A stretch of DNA of 64,000 nt from a virus. The notes under the pieces were generated by a model that was given only the letters and a program-made list of their open reading frames with translations, ran no database searches and was not told the origin of the DNA. Both the position numbers and the translations under genes were made by a program. Below are positions 39,091 through 47,742 of the stretch, in pieces; within the stretch, counting starts at the first letter, position 1; each line of letters opens with the position of its first letter. The DNA is taken from IMG/VR virus record IMGVR_UViG_3300046001_008198, positions 32,001 to 96,000 of that record; one strand, 5' to 3'.

Positions 39091-39142
39091 GTCAATAAAT
39101 TAAACTTCGTCAAGTCTAAGTTCTCCCTCCATGCAGGGGGTG

Positions 39143-39376
39143 TCACCTAGTTGGATGTCTCTCCTTTCTGCTGTAGTTAATCAATCCTTCTGTTAAGATT
39201 GTTATCAAGTTCCCTTCATAAATATCTAGAGTATAGATTCGGGGTGTTTTAACAACAATTTCAAAGAATGGTATTGAGTTACAGAAAGCTATATTAATCG
39301 TGTTGTTGTTTTCCGATTGATAACTTGCTGAATAAACTACAACAAGAAGGAGCAACATAGTTAGTGATGCTCTCAT
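39143..39376 (-). CDS. putative exported/membrane protein
   Basis: Hydrophobic N-terminus MRASLTMLLLLVVVYSA. Confidence 0.5.
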   Translation of the reverse strand: MRASLTMLLLLVVVYSASYQSENNNTINIAFCNSIPFFEIVVKTPRIYTLDIYEGNLITILTEGLINYSRKERHPTR

Positions 39377-39405
39377 CTTATATTTTTTAGATTGGTGTAA
39401 ATATA

Positions 39406-39945
39406 TTAATTATTTGCAATAAATTTATAATAGGTTCGATTTTCACTTTTGGTGTAGACAGCGTAGTCTTCTCCAACAATGATATATTCATTCTGATTAT
39501 AATAAATTGTACCGTTATTTCCTAAATCAGGAATAATGTCAATGTAAGGCATGGTATAGGATCCATTTCCATCTATTCTTTCTATAATGAGGTATTTAGT
39601 TCCATCAGTTTCTTGGTAAAAGCTGACATGGCTGTATTCTCGAAGGATATTATAGAGTGGTAGATTAGGTTTGCTGATAATTAACCATCCTGAATTGCTT
39701 TTGCTGTAAATGTGTGTTAAAACTTCATTGTTTACAACATAGACTGTTGTTTTGTATTCAATCACAAGTGTTGTTAATGATGTTTTAGTAATTTCTACGG
39801 GTACTTCTGCAGTACTGGAATTGAAATACTTGACAACATACAGGTCTTGAATTGTAACTTGTTCGGTTGGACAAGCATCTATCGGAGTTGCTTGAACTGT
39901 TGTTGCGAATAATAGAATCGCACAAATTGCAAAAAATCTTTTCAT
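39406..39945 (-). CDS. putative secreted/periplasmic protein
   Basis: Sec-type signal MKRFFAICAILLFATTVQA-T. Confidence 0.65.
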   Translation of the reverse strand: MKRFFAICAILLFATTVQATPIDACPTEQVTIQDLYVVKYFNSSTAEVPVEITKTSLTTLVIEYKTTVYVVNNEVLTHIYSKSNSGWLIISKPNLPLYNILREYSHVSFYQETDGTKYLIIERIDGNGSYTMPYIDIIPDLGNNGTIYYNQNEYIIVGEDYAVYTKSENRTYYKFIANN

Positions 39946-40054
39946 GGGTTTGAAGATTTAAAGATTAATACTAAATAAATAATTGTGATATATATAGGCT
40001 TTGAGGCCAAGCTGATTGAACAGCGTGTCTTGGGTTTGATGATAGTAAAAGTTT

Positions 40055-40195
40055 TTAATGTGGTACTTTACCGCCTTTTAAGGTAAACCAAATGGTGAAC
40101 ATTGGAATGAGGTTGATACAAAATCTTTTATGGTATTGAGAATAATGTACACCTATCCAGAAAGCTCGCCAATTGAATAACATTCCTAATTTCAT
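40055..40195 (-). CDS. 46-aa small protein (not in the ORF track)
   Basis: MKLGMLFNWRAFWIGVHYSQYHKRFCINLIPMFTIWFTLKGGKVPH; ATGA overlap with the upstream gene. Confidence 0.6.
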   Translation of the reverse strand: MKLGMLFNWRAFWIGVHYSQYHKRFCINLIPMFTIWFTLKGGKVPH

Positions 40196-40512
40196 TTGCT
40201 TTTCTTTTTAGATTTTAGGATGAGAAATTCTGTACACTGAATGACTGTCATAGATGGATCTGAATAATCTAATCTACCTTCAATGATTACTTCCATTTGA
40301 GGAACTAGCGTATCATTCATTATTTTAGCCATTTTTAATTTGGCGCATACATTGTGTGTTTGGATATTAGTAATGGTTGAAATCTTATTTTTAGTTTTGA
40401 ATGTTTCAACTGTTTCTAATTCCATAGATAATAAAGGACCTTTTTTAAGGTCTGTGTACATCATGGATTTTACTGTACCTATCAGAGATACTTTGTTTCT
40501 TAATGGCTGCAT
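40192..40512 (-). CDS. short SSB-like OB-fold protein
   Basis: NKVSLIG.V..H.V..A..M...V.IEGRL; no acidic tail. Confidence 0.6.
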   Translation of the reverse strand: MQPLRNKVSLIGTVKSMMYTDLKKGPLLSMELETVETFKTKNKISTITNIQTHNVCAKLKMAKIMNDTLVPQMEVIIEGRLDYSDPSMTVIQCTEFLILKSKKKSK

Positions 40513-40513
40513 A

Positions 40514-41017
40514 TCAAATTTTTTTAAGTAAGTATTCTCCTTGTTCTGTTAATCTTGGTTCAGGAACGGCATAAACTTTATCTCCACAAATATCCATCAC
40601 AAATTCAACTTCAATTTCTGTTGGTTGCATAACATGTCTTTCCAAGTAACCTTTATAAGATTTTTGAGCTTCAGGATAAGTTTTATCTTTTGAAATCCAT
40701 CCAGCATAAAAAGCATTTAATACTTGTTCCAAAGTAAACACCTTGTCTTTATTCAACTCCATTGCTTTGTTGAAGCCTATCTTAAAGCCAATTTTTTCAC
40801 GAGTTTTAAAATCATGAACACGAGTTTTTTCATCAAGTGTTTCAAGTTCTCTAGCCAACTTCTCAACATCAACTACTCCCATTGCTTTAGCAAACTCTTC
40901 TTCACAATTTTGTTTGGATAGTTTTTTATCTCTATTATCTCTTGAATCAGTAGATGCTATTGCCCAACTTTTATCAACATATAAGTAGAAAATATCATCT
41001 TTCTTAATTAGTTTCAT
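40514..41017 (-). CDS. hypothetical phage protein
   Basis: KLSKQNC..VEKLA..GF..AMELNKDK.FT..EIEVE pattern. Confidence 0.65.
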   Translation of the reverse strand: MKLIKKDDIFYLYVDKSWAIASTDSRDNRDKKLSKQNCEEEFAKAMGVVDVEKLARELETLDEKTRVHDFKTREKIGFKIGFNKAMELNKDKVFTLEQVLNAFYAGWISKDKTYPEAQKSYKGYLERHVMQPTEIEVEFVMDICGDKVYAVPEPRLTEQGEYLLKKI

Positions 41018-41037
41018 ATGATTGTGTATTAGTTGTT

Positions 41038-41247
41038 TTATTTTTTTAGTGCATCATATAGTGCTGCTGTGAACAAACACGATAATAAAAATGCTAATGC
41101 AAAGAATCCTATGCATGCTCCTCGACCTTCTGGACTCCATTGTGAAATGTTGAAAGTTACAAAGTAAAAACTTACACATAAATAGATCATAGCTATTAGG
41201 ATTACAAATATTGCAATATTTGTTTTAATTAGTTGGTGTATACTCAT
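41038..41247 (-). CDS. small two-TM membrane protein
   Basis: Two hydrophobic stretches. Confidence 0.6.
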   Translation of the reverse strand: MSIHQLIKTNIAIFVILIAMIYLCVSFYFVTFNISQWSPEGRGACIGFFALAFLLSCLFTAALYDALKK

Positions 41248-41375
41248 TTTGCTTGGGTTTAGTGGATGATAGTAAATAATAAACCCGGACCTGTATGAGA
41301 TCCGGGAATTTTCTAGTGTGCTAGAGCAGTACCTACGAAATTAAATATTTATGCTAGATATTTGGAAAAATATCG

Positions 41376-41449
41376 TGATTATGATGGGAGTCGAACCCAC
41401 ACCCCTGATCCGTGTACCCAGACCCGCACTACCCCAGTGCTACACAATC
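41376..41449 (-). tRNA. tRNA-like cloverleaf with non-canonical anticodon arm (identity unassignable)
   Basis: Acceptor GATTGTG/CATAATC, T8-A9, D arm GCAC-TGGGGTA-GTGC, T arm GTGGG-TTCGACT-CCCAT. Anticodon arm GGTCTG-GGTACA-CGGATC; no encoded CCA. Confidence 0.6.
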
Positions 41450-41526
41450 GCCATATCAGGAATAGGTAAACCTGATAATGTAATACCAATGAAGCAGGGG
41501 GTTGCCTGACTTACACACTGGTGATA

Positions 41527-41784
41527 TTATAATGGAAATTCATCTTTGTCTTTCCACAGCTGAACGATATCTGTTGGTGATTTGGTAATCACTGTGTCAA
41601 ATAATAGTTTAGCTAATGATTCGTTGTTACCTGACAAAGTAAGGAAATCTTTTTTGGTGTGAGACTTTCCTGATTTATCAATATAACATACTAAAGTTTC
41701 GCAACTGTTGTAAGCATCTACTGATTTGAAAATAGATTTAGCTTTAACAGTGCAGTGTTGTGGTGTTTGTGTAAGAGTATTCAT
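41527..41784 (-). CDS. hypothetical protein
   Basis: On the coding strand. Confidence 0.55.
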   Translation of the reverse strand: MNTLTQTPQHCTVKAKSIFKSVDAYNSCETLVCYIDKSGKSHTKKDFLTLSGNNESLAKLLFDTVITKSPTDIVQLWKDKDEFPL

Positions 41785-41802
41785 TGTTGGTTGGTTTTGT
41801 GA

Positions 41803-42120
41803 CTATTTGAATCTACCGCCGTGATCTCGCTTTGCTAACTTTTTGAGAGCATTGTCTTTGTTCAAGGCTGATATATACACACAGTCTGGTTTCATTACTA
41901 CTTTTTTGTTTGTAGATCCAGAAGAATCTTTGTTAACTACATAATCGGTTTTGGTAAACTCCGCTGGTTCAATTGTACCTGTTTCTAAATTTATTTCAAA
42001 TAAAGAATGACCTCGGTGTGGATGAATACTACCAATATGTTTTTCCTGAAACTTCTGTTCTGTTTCTTTGGAGATATGAATCTCTTCACGGACTCCTAAC
42101 TCTATTTCTTTACTGTTCAT
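41803..42120 (-). CDS. hypothetical protein
   Basis: Preceded by a TACCTTTG box (42125-42132) only 4 nt before ATG. Confidence 0.65.
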   Translation of the reverse strand: MNSKEIELGVREEIHISKETEQKFQEKHIGSIHPHRGHSLFEINLETGTIEPAEFTKTDYVVNKDSSGSTNKKVVMKPDCVYISALNKDNALKKLAKRDHGGRFK

Positions 42121-42147
42121 GATACAAAGGTAAATAAAAATTAGTTA

Positions 42148-42432
42148 TTACAAAATTATGATGTCAGTGGCAATGACTTTACCTTTAGCAAGATAACCTT
42201 CTACAGCTAAATCAGATCCGATTCGTAGGCGATTAATAAATTTTAGGTATATGTCTCCTTTGAGTACAACTCTGTGTTGATACTTTTTTGTGATAGGTTT
42301 ACCATTTCCATCCAACTGTAGAGATTTAGTTTCCAGGATAAAGCAAGTGCCTACTTTTTTAATACCTTCTTCGGTGGTTTGTTTAGGCTCAAGCGTTTTG
42401 AGAAGCTTGCCTATTAAGTTTACATGATTCAT
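42148..42432 (-). CDS. short SSB-like OB-fold protein
   Basis: MNHVNLIGKL..HRVV..L..GS.LAVEG.L; no acidic tail. Confidence 0.6.
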   Translation of the reverse strand: MNHVNLIGKLLKTLEPKQTTEEGIKKVGTCFILETKSLQLDGNGKPITKKYQHRVVLKGDIYLKFINRLRIGSDLAVEGYLAKGKVIATDIIIL

Positions 42433-42442
42433 GTGAAATGTT

Positions 42443-42646
42443 TTACTTGGTTGTGGTTAACTCTTGTGGTTGAACTTGGGTTCTTTTAACACCATGTTCT
42501 TGTTCTATTGCAAAAAGAATCTTGTTGGCTTCATTCATTCTGTCAACGGCTTTCATTCCGATTGCCATGTGATGATTGAATGTGTTGGCTGCATCAACCC
42601 ATCTTTCATTTGCAAGTTCAAATTTTAATCTGGTTGTGTCGTCCAT
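42443..42646 (-). CDS. hypothetical protein
   Basis: ATG embedded in TTTTACTATCATG. Confidence 0.55.
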   Translation of the reverse strand: MDDTTRLKFELANERWVDAANTFNHHMAIGMKAVDRMNEANKILFAIEQEHGVKRTQVQPQELTTTK

Positions 42647-42725
42647 GATAGTAAAAGTTAAAGGTTAATAAATTACCCCTCTGCATCTCAGTTGTAGGCT
42701 GTTATACCCTAAGTTAGCACCAATA

Positions 42726-43001
42726 CTATTGAACCAACCTATAAACAAGACGTTCAGCTTCTTTGCCTTTAACGTGCTTATAAATAGTTAATTCAGTTGG
42801 TGTTCCATTGTTATCAGCCATTCCGCTAATTGAAACAATTTCACTAACTTCAATCACATTATTAGGGTCTGTACCTTCATAAACTATAAATGGGAAAGGC
42901 AAAGAACCTGCCTTAAATTCCTTAATTTCATCATCAGTAAAATAAGTACTGGTGCTAACATCGGTTTGGCAAAATTGCCGTTTTGTTTCTTCGTTTGACA
43001 T
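42726..43001 (-). CDS. hypothetical protein in a cassette-like unit; start codon lies inside the attC-like repeat
   Basis: First ~15 codons (..RQFCQTDVS) are the right arm of the inverted repeat. Confidence 0.6.
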   Translation of the reverse strand: MSNEETKRQFCQTDVSTSTYFTDDEIKEFKAGSLPFPFIVYEGTDPNNVIEVSEIVSISGMADNNGTPTELTIYKHVKGKEAERLVYRLVQ

Positions 43002-43078
43002 TTTATCTAAATTTTAAAGTTTGTACTACTAATGAAGTTTTGTGTTCGGCAACTTCGCCAAGCCGAGAAACGTTATCA
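42953..43078 (-). mobile_element. attC-like recombination site (126 bp)
   Basis: TGATAAC..CGGCTTGGCGAAGTTGCCG (loop) CGGCAATTTTGCCAAACCG..GTTAGCA. Confidence 0.55.
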
Positions 43079-43376
43079 TTAACTATTTAACATAGTTCAC
43101 TTACAACTGCTCACCCTTGGGAGCTGATTAACTCATCTAGCTATATGCTACATTAGTTTCGGTTAATCAGGTGGTTTCACATCTTATGTGGCTGGTTTCC
43201 ACTACATCCCGTGCACTAGGAATAAGAAGTCTTTATATCCACGTGAGAATGGTGCATTAATAATTTGACGGCTCCCGTATTTCAGAGAGCCGTTCAATAA
43301 TTGGGTTTGTAGTACTTGCTACAAATATGTCCATCAACGCTAGGTTGGATAAAGCCGAAGCTATTTCATGATTTTT

Positions 43377-43580
43377 TCATAGATTTGTTCTAGTAATAAT
43401 TTTTTCTGTTTGTCCCCATGAAAATTCAGAGGGATTGAGATAATCTAATTTGAATGCTTTTTTGAATACATCTGCAATCATTACTTCATCGAATTCGTCT
43501 TCGAATGTTACTTCAGATTTATTAACATCAAGGATGAATGTTATCAATGATGCTAAATCAATTAATACAAGTGTTATCAT
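43377..43580 (-). CDS. hypothetical protein
   Basis: Motif TTTACTATCATC lies about 10 nt upstream. Confidence 0.55.
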   Translation of the reverse strand: MITLVLIDLASLITFILDVNKSEVTFEDEFDEVMIADVFKKAFKLDYLNPSEFSWGQTEKIITRTNL

Positions 43581-43619
43581 AATTGGGGTGGATGATAGTA
43601 AATACTATTAAATATATAA

Positions 43620-43916
43620 CTATAGTACTTGATAAATGAATAATGGATATCTCATTTCACCGTGTACTGAATCTATTTGAAAGAATATAGCCATTCCTAA
43701 GAAATTACATTCTGTAGAATCAAATGCTTGACCGTCTGGAACTATCTTAAATTTGAATATTCTATGGTAGATCATATCAGGATTGTGAGAGAAATAGATT
43801 CGGAGGTCAAGGTTAACACGTTCTATACTTAGAATTTTGGCATCCGATGGTAAGTTCACTTCATGAGTTTTTTCACATGGAAACTTAATTGTGATATATG
43901 TTATGATCGTATTCAT
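43620..43916 (-). CDS. conserved phage protein (LP.DAKILSI..F.IV.DG family)
   Basis: Pattern recognition only. Confidence 0.55.
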   Translation of the reverse strand: MNTIITYITIKFPCEKTHEVNLPSDAKILSIERVNLDLRIYFSHNPDMIYHRIFKFKIVPDGQAFDSTECNFLGMAIFFQIDSVHGEMRYPLFIYQVL

Positions 43917-43927
43917 ACAGTTACGTT

Positions 43928-44344
43928 TTATAAGAGTCCTATCTTTTCAAGGAAATCTTTGTTAGTAAATCGATGTTCAAAGAATTCAATTACATAGACA
44001 TCTTCATCAGTAATAAGATGGTCAATGGCTGTGATATGGTCGCCGTCATTGTATTGGCGAAGAAGATTAAGCATTGCATCAACAAGGTAATCGATGTGTT
44101 CATACGTAATGAATTGTCGAGCACTCTCGATAGCTACTGCCTGAGCAAAATACTTGTTAATATCCATTCTGTGGTAGTCAAAGTCTTTCTCAGAATTATC
44201 AGCGTCAAGGATTATTAGTCGTTTGATAATGTTTGGAAGCTCTGTAGCACTGAGGATGTGTGTGAGGTAGAGATTATTTGGTGTCATTATTTGGTGGATT
44301 AAATGATAGTAAATACCAGTATATTTTTTCATCATGCATTCCAT
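43928..44344 (-). CDS. hypothetical protein (start likely 44287)
   Basis: Motif copy at 44303 lies about 16 nt upstream of ATG 44287. Confidence 0.55.
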   Translation of the reverse strand: MECMMKKYTGIYYHLIHQIMTPNNLYLTHILSATELPNIIKRLIILDADNSEKDFDYHRMDINKYFAQAVAIESARQFITYEHIDYLVDAMLNLLRQYNDGDHITAIDHLITDEDVYVIEFFEHRFTNKDFLEKIGLL

Positions 44345-44627
44345 GTAAGTCGAGAATGCTGAATGCTGTTTGGTGGTAATTGATTATTGGTTCAGATGAT
44401 ATTCCGAATGGAAATCTTTCATTTTTGTAATCGTAATAAGTTCCAACCCAATTTTCATATTTGAAAATATCATGAGTGCCCTGACTATAATCAGGACCTT
44501 GAGTGATAACAAATACATTTAGATCCGGACGATATGTTGATACCCAGATATGTTTTAATGTTTCTGATTTATCTGTAGTAATCAATAACTTCACACCAGG
44601 TTTTGTTTCAAAAAGGATATGTGCCAT
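44274..44627 (-). CDS. tandem paralog family member 3
   Basis: ILFETKPGVKLL...YWYLLS. Confidence 0.65.
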   Translation of the reverse strand: MAHILFETKPGVKLLITTDKSETLKHIWVSTYRPDLNVFVITQGPDYSQGTHDIFKYENWVGTYYDYKNERFPFGISSEPIINYHQTAFSILDLHGMHDEKIYWYLLSFNPPNNDTK

Positions 44628-44630
44628 AAT

Positions 44631-44966
44631 TTATGAGATTAAGTACCAATAGAATATATCTGGATGTACAAAATCATATCCTTTGAGAATTGATTCTAAC
44701 GATTCATGTTTATAATATGTTGATCCTGCTACAGAATTGTAAATAATAAACTGAGTATTGATTCTGTTTGGTGTACCTGTTGTACTAAGAAATGCATCAA
44801 TAACATTAGGTTTTGTTATAGTCCACAGTGTTTCTTCATTTGTATACAACACAGTTAATTTGTCATAATAGAAGAAAGTTGAGAATGCAAGCACTAGATT
44901 AGGACATTTTTCTTGAACAACAAGCAAGCGTACTCCGGATTTAGGTTCTACGATAATTCGTTTCAT
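44631..44966 (-). CDS. tandem paralog family member 2
   Basis: IIVEPKSGVRLL...YWYLIS. Confidence 0.65.
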   Translation of the reverse strand: MKRIIVEPKSGVRLLVVQEKCPNLVLAFSTFFYYDKLTVLYTNEETLWTITKPNVIDAFLSTTGTPNRINTQFIIYNSVAGSTYYKHESLESILKGYDFVHPDIFYWYLIS

Positions 44967-44978
44967 AGGCGCTGGGTG

Positions 44979-45293
44979 TTATGATAGTAAATGCCAATAG
45001 GTCTCACCTTTGGATGTGAACATATAATGATTTAGCATTTCAAGTAGGCATTCACTTACAGTTGCACAATAATCTGATGGTTCACGGATGTTTATGAAGT
45101 TACTGTCCCACGGCAATAAGTTAACACCTTTTACGGTAATGAGGTAATGGAATTCTGGTGGTGCAAAGTAGAGTGTGAAATCTTCAGGGCCTGTAAACAT
45201 TTCAGTAGTGAATACATGAGGGAGCATTTTTGATTTAGTCTTTGTTAGCAACAATCGCACTCCTGGTTGTGGTTCAATTATGAGGTGGTTCAT
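44979..45293 (-). CDS. tandem paralog family member 1
   Basis: LIIEPQPGVRLL...YWHLLS. Confidence 0.65.
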   Translation of the reverse strand: MNHLIIEPQPGVRLLLTKTKSKMLPHVFTTEMFTGPEDFTLYFAPPEFHYLITVKGVNLLPWDSNFINIREPSDYCATVSECLLEMLNHYMFTSKGETYWHLLS

Positions 45294-45302
45294 AAGGCTT
45301 GG

Positions 45303-45659
45303 TTATTTATCTTCTTTCATTATATGAATTTCATCGATGGCGAATGTAATGGATGGATCCATCTTACTTTTGATTGTTAATTCAGCCATTTGTTGAGCAT
45401 CGAAAGCATCAGTAGCTTTGACAAAGAAGTCTGCCGTGTATGTAACTTTGAATGATTTAAGTTGACGTAGTTCTTTGATGTATGCATAAACTGTTTTGAA
45501 TTTTTGCTTACGCTCAATAGGGTCTAGTATTTTGTCAACTGTTGTAGTGATTGATGCGTCACCATTTGTATATAATATAATACAGGCTCTTTGTAAAAAG
45601 GGAAATTTCTTTTTTATCTTGGTGACTAAGTTCTTGTGTTCAATTGGTGAGAGTTCCAT
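45303..45659 (-). CDS. hypothetical protein
   Basis: ATG directly after the motif variant TACTATCATC. Confidence 0.6.
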   Translation of the reverse strand: MELSPIEHKNLVTKIKKKFPFLQRACIILYTNGDASITTTVDKILDPIERKQKFKTVYAYIKELRQLKSFKVTYTADFFVKATDAFDAQQMAELTIKSKMDPSITFAIDEIHIMKEDK

Positions 45660-46153
45660 GATGATAGTATTAATAGGTGAAAATTCAAAAGCGGCAGGTA
45701 CTAATCTTTCTGAATTACTTCTATACTATAAGAGATAAAAGAAAAGATCTGTCATGCATGTAGTCTTCAAAGATAGAGTCTTGAGGTATGAGGTCATGTT
45801 CTATGCAATGTTCGAATAGCTCTGTAGTGGTCCAATCGTAGTAGGGAGTGTCCATATAGTAATATTTAAATTGAATAAATGGTCGGTTTGAGTAGGTATG
45901 AAGAGGTGAGGAATATAGGGATAGGTTGTCCCTCAGTATCACACAAAGAGAAGCCAAAACCTCGCATTATTGTAATGCTATGCTTAATAAAGAGGATTAA
46001 AGTATCAAATATCCCCGGGTGGAGACTAACTTTGAAAAGATTAATCCCTTATAAACATTGAGAAGTATGTAAAAGTATACTATTGGATTCCTAAAACAGT
46101 ACAAAAGGAGATATTGCTACCTCCTAATGCATTGTTCCTCTCTTTACACAAGG

Positions 46154-46342
46154 TTATTGTTCATCTAATTCGATATAACCTAGTATGAATAGGTCATTTG
46201 TATTAGCTGAAATACTGATTGATTCTGTTTCTACTTCTTCAATCATAAACTTAATAGCGAATTTCTTTGCTATTGCTTTGAATTGGTAGTACTCCTTTAA
46301 ACTAAGGTGTATGATTGTGGTAATGATTTCTGCAGTTTTCAT
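46154..46342 (-). CDS. hypothetical protein
   Basis: 62 aa, followed by a terminator-like hairpin near 46105-46125. Confidence 0.5.
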   Translation of the reverse strand: MKTAEIITTIIHLSLKEYYQFKAIAKKFAIKFMIEEVETESISISANTNDLFILGYIELDEQ

Positions 46343-46896
46343 AAGCTTATTTATTGTGGTTTATAGCCTTATTTAATTAATTATGAGATAGTTACGCATT
46401 GTAACTTAAAGTAATAGTTAAACCCTTTCACGGTACAGGCATGGTCTTGCTGGATGAGTGATGTATTAGTAGTTGGGCTTGTAATACGTAAGGGTTGCTT
46501 GTAATAGGATAGTAGCTTGGGTCCTGGAGTATGAGATCATCTCTGTTGTTTCGGCTTTCCTGATTACAGGCGGGGTGATGATAGTAAGGTAGCACATTCT
46601 TGATTGGGCCTTCTTCGAAGAAGCTAGTAGCTAGGGTCCCGAAGGATGTGAAGGTCAGGAAGTGCATACCATGGGACTGTAATTACTACGAGTGCTGTTC
46701 CGTGTTAGCACGGGTGAGCATTGGGTGTAGAGACTGTTGCCAAGATCGCATGTATGTCAACCCTCGGAGAGCATAGGTTGCCTAGGCGGCAGGACGAAGT
46801 CCTTCTAAGAGCCGACACCAAGTTGGGAGTGAGTAGCGATGATAGTAAAACAAAGCCCCCGTTAAGGGGCGATGTTCAGTACCAAGGATATCTGTG

Positions 46897-47742
46897 TTAC
46901 TCAATAACCAAACCTCCGAAGGCTTTAGTCTTTGTAGTAGCATGTACTTCCATTTTTGCAATAGCCTCTGATTCTCGTTGTTTAATCTGCTCTTCAGGAG
47001 AAAGTTGAGCAAATGATTCACGAATTTCTTGGTTTGCAAGAGTCAATGATAGTAAAGAAGGCGAAGCCGAAGTCAAGATGCTCGGATTACCTTTCAATAG
47101 ATTATCATCGTATTTGATTGGAACAGTACTTCCGACAAAGGATTTACCCTTAGCCTCAAACGCTTTGATTAATTCATCAAGGTTTGTGAACACCTGTTCA
47201 ACACGAAACACTTTATCTCCAAAGCGAATTGCGATTCTACGGCGACCGTAGTTCCAATTCTCAAGATGTCCTTTCGGATTCTCAGGAGTAATGTGTTTAT
47301 CAAATGTGTAAGATTTCTTTTTCTCAGGATTTTGTCTGTGATAAAGTAATCTTTCAGTATCAACCTTCGCACTAGCAACAACACAATGCACCATAGGTAC
47401 AGAGATATTTGATTCAGTAATGAAGTGTTGAATATCCACACCTTCAACAGTAATATCGTCACGGACAATATCAGAAGTGTTAGGTGTTTCAACATCAGCG
47501 CCCCAACCTAAAGAAGTAGCCAAAGCATTAAGCTTTGCTTGAACTAAAGGGTTGTTAGATGCTGACGCACAAAGAGTTGTCAATGCAGTTTTAGATTTAA
47601 CACCTAAAGCTAATTTAATGTCCGATGACAACGGACAAGCCTGTAAAAATTCTGAAGCATTCATATGAATGAGTATTTGGTAAAAAGAAGATGTCTTTAA
47701 GTAGGCACATCGATTCCTTGATACAATTCGTGTATGTATCAA
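46897..47742 (-). CDS. hypothetical protein (start probably MNASEF)
   Basis: Long ORF within an otherwise non-coding region; followed by a terminator at 46855-46870. Confidence 0.65.
   Translation of the reverse strand: MIHTRIVSRNRCAYLKTSSFYQILIHMNASEFLQACPLSSDIKLALGVKSKTALTTLCASASNNPLVQAKLNALATSLGWGADVETPNTSDIVRDDITVEGVDIQHFITESNISVPMVHCVVASAKVDTERLLYHRQNPEKKKSYTFDKHITPENPKGHLENWNYGRRRIAIRFGDKVFRVEQVFTNLDELIKAFEAKGKSFVGSTVPIKYDDNLLKGNPSILTSASPSLLSLTLANQEIRESFAQLSPEEQIKQRESEAIAKMEVHATTKTKAFGGLVIE

Noticed and set aside
46500-46570. Hammerhead ribozyme suggested by GCCGAAAC on the minus strand
   Set aside because: No CUGANGA core found in the right position
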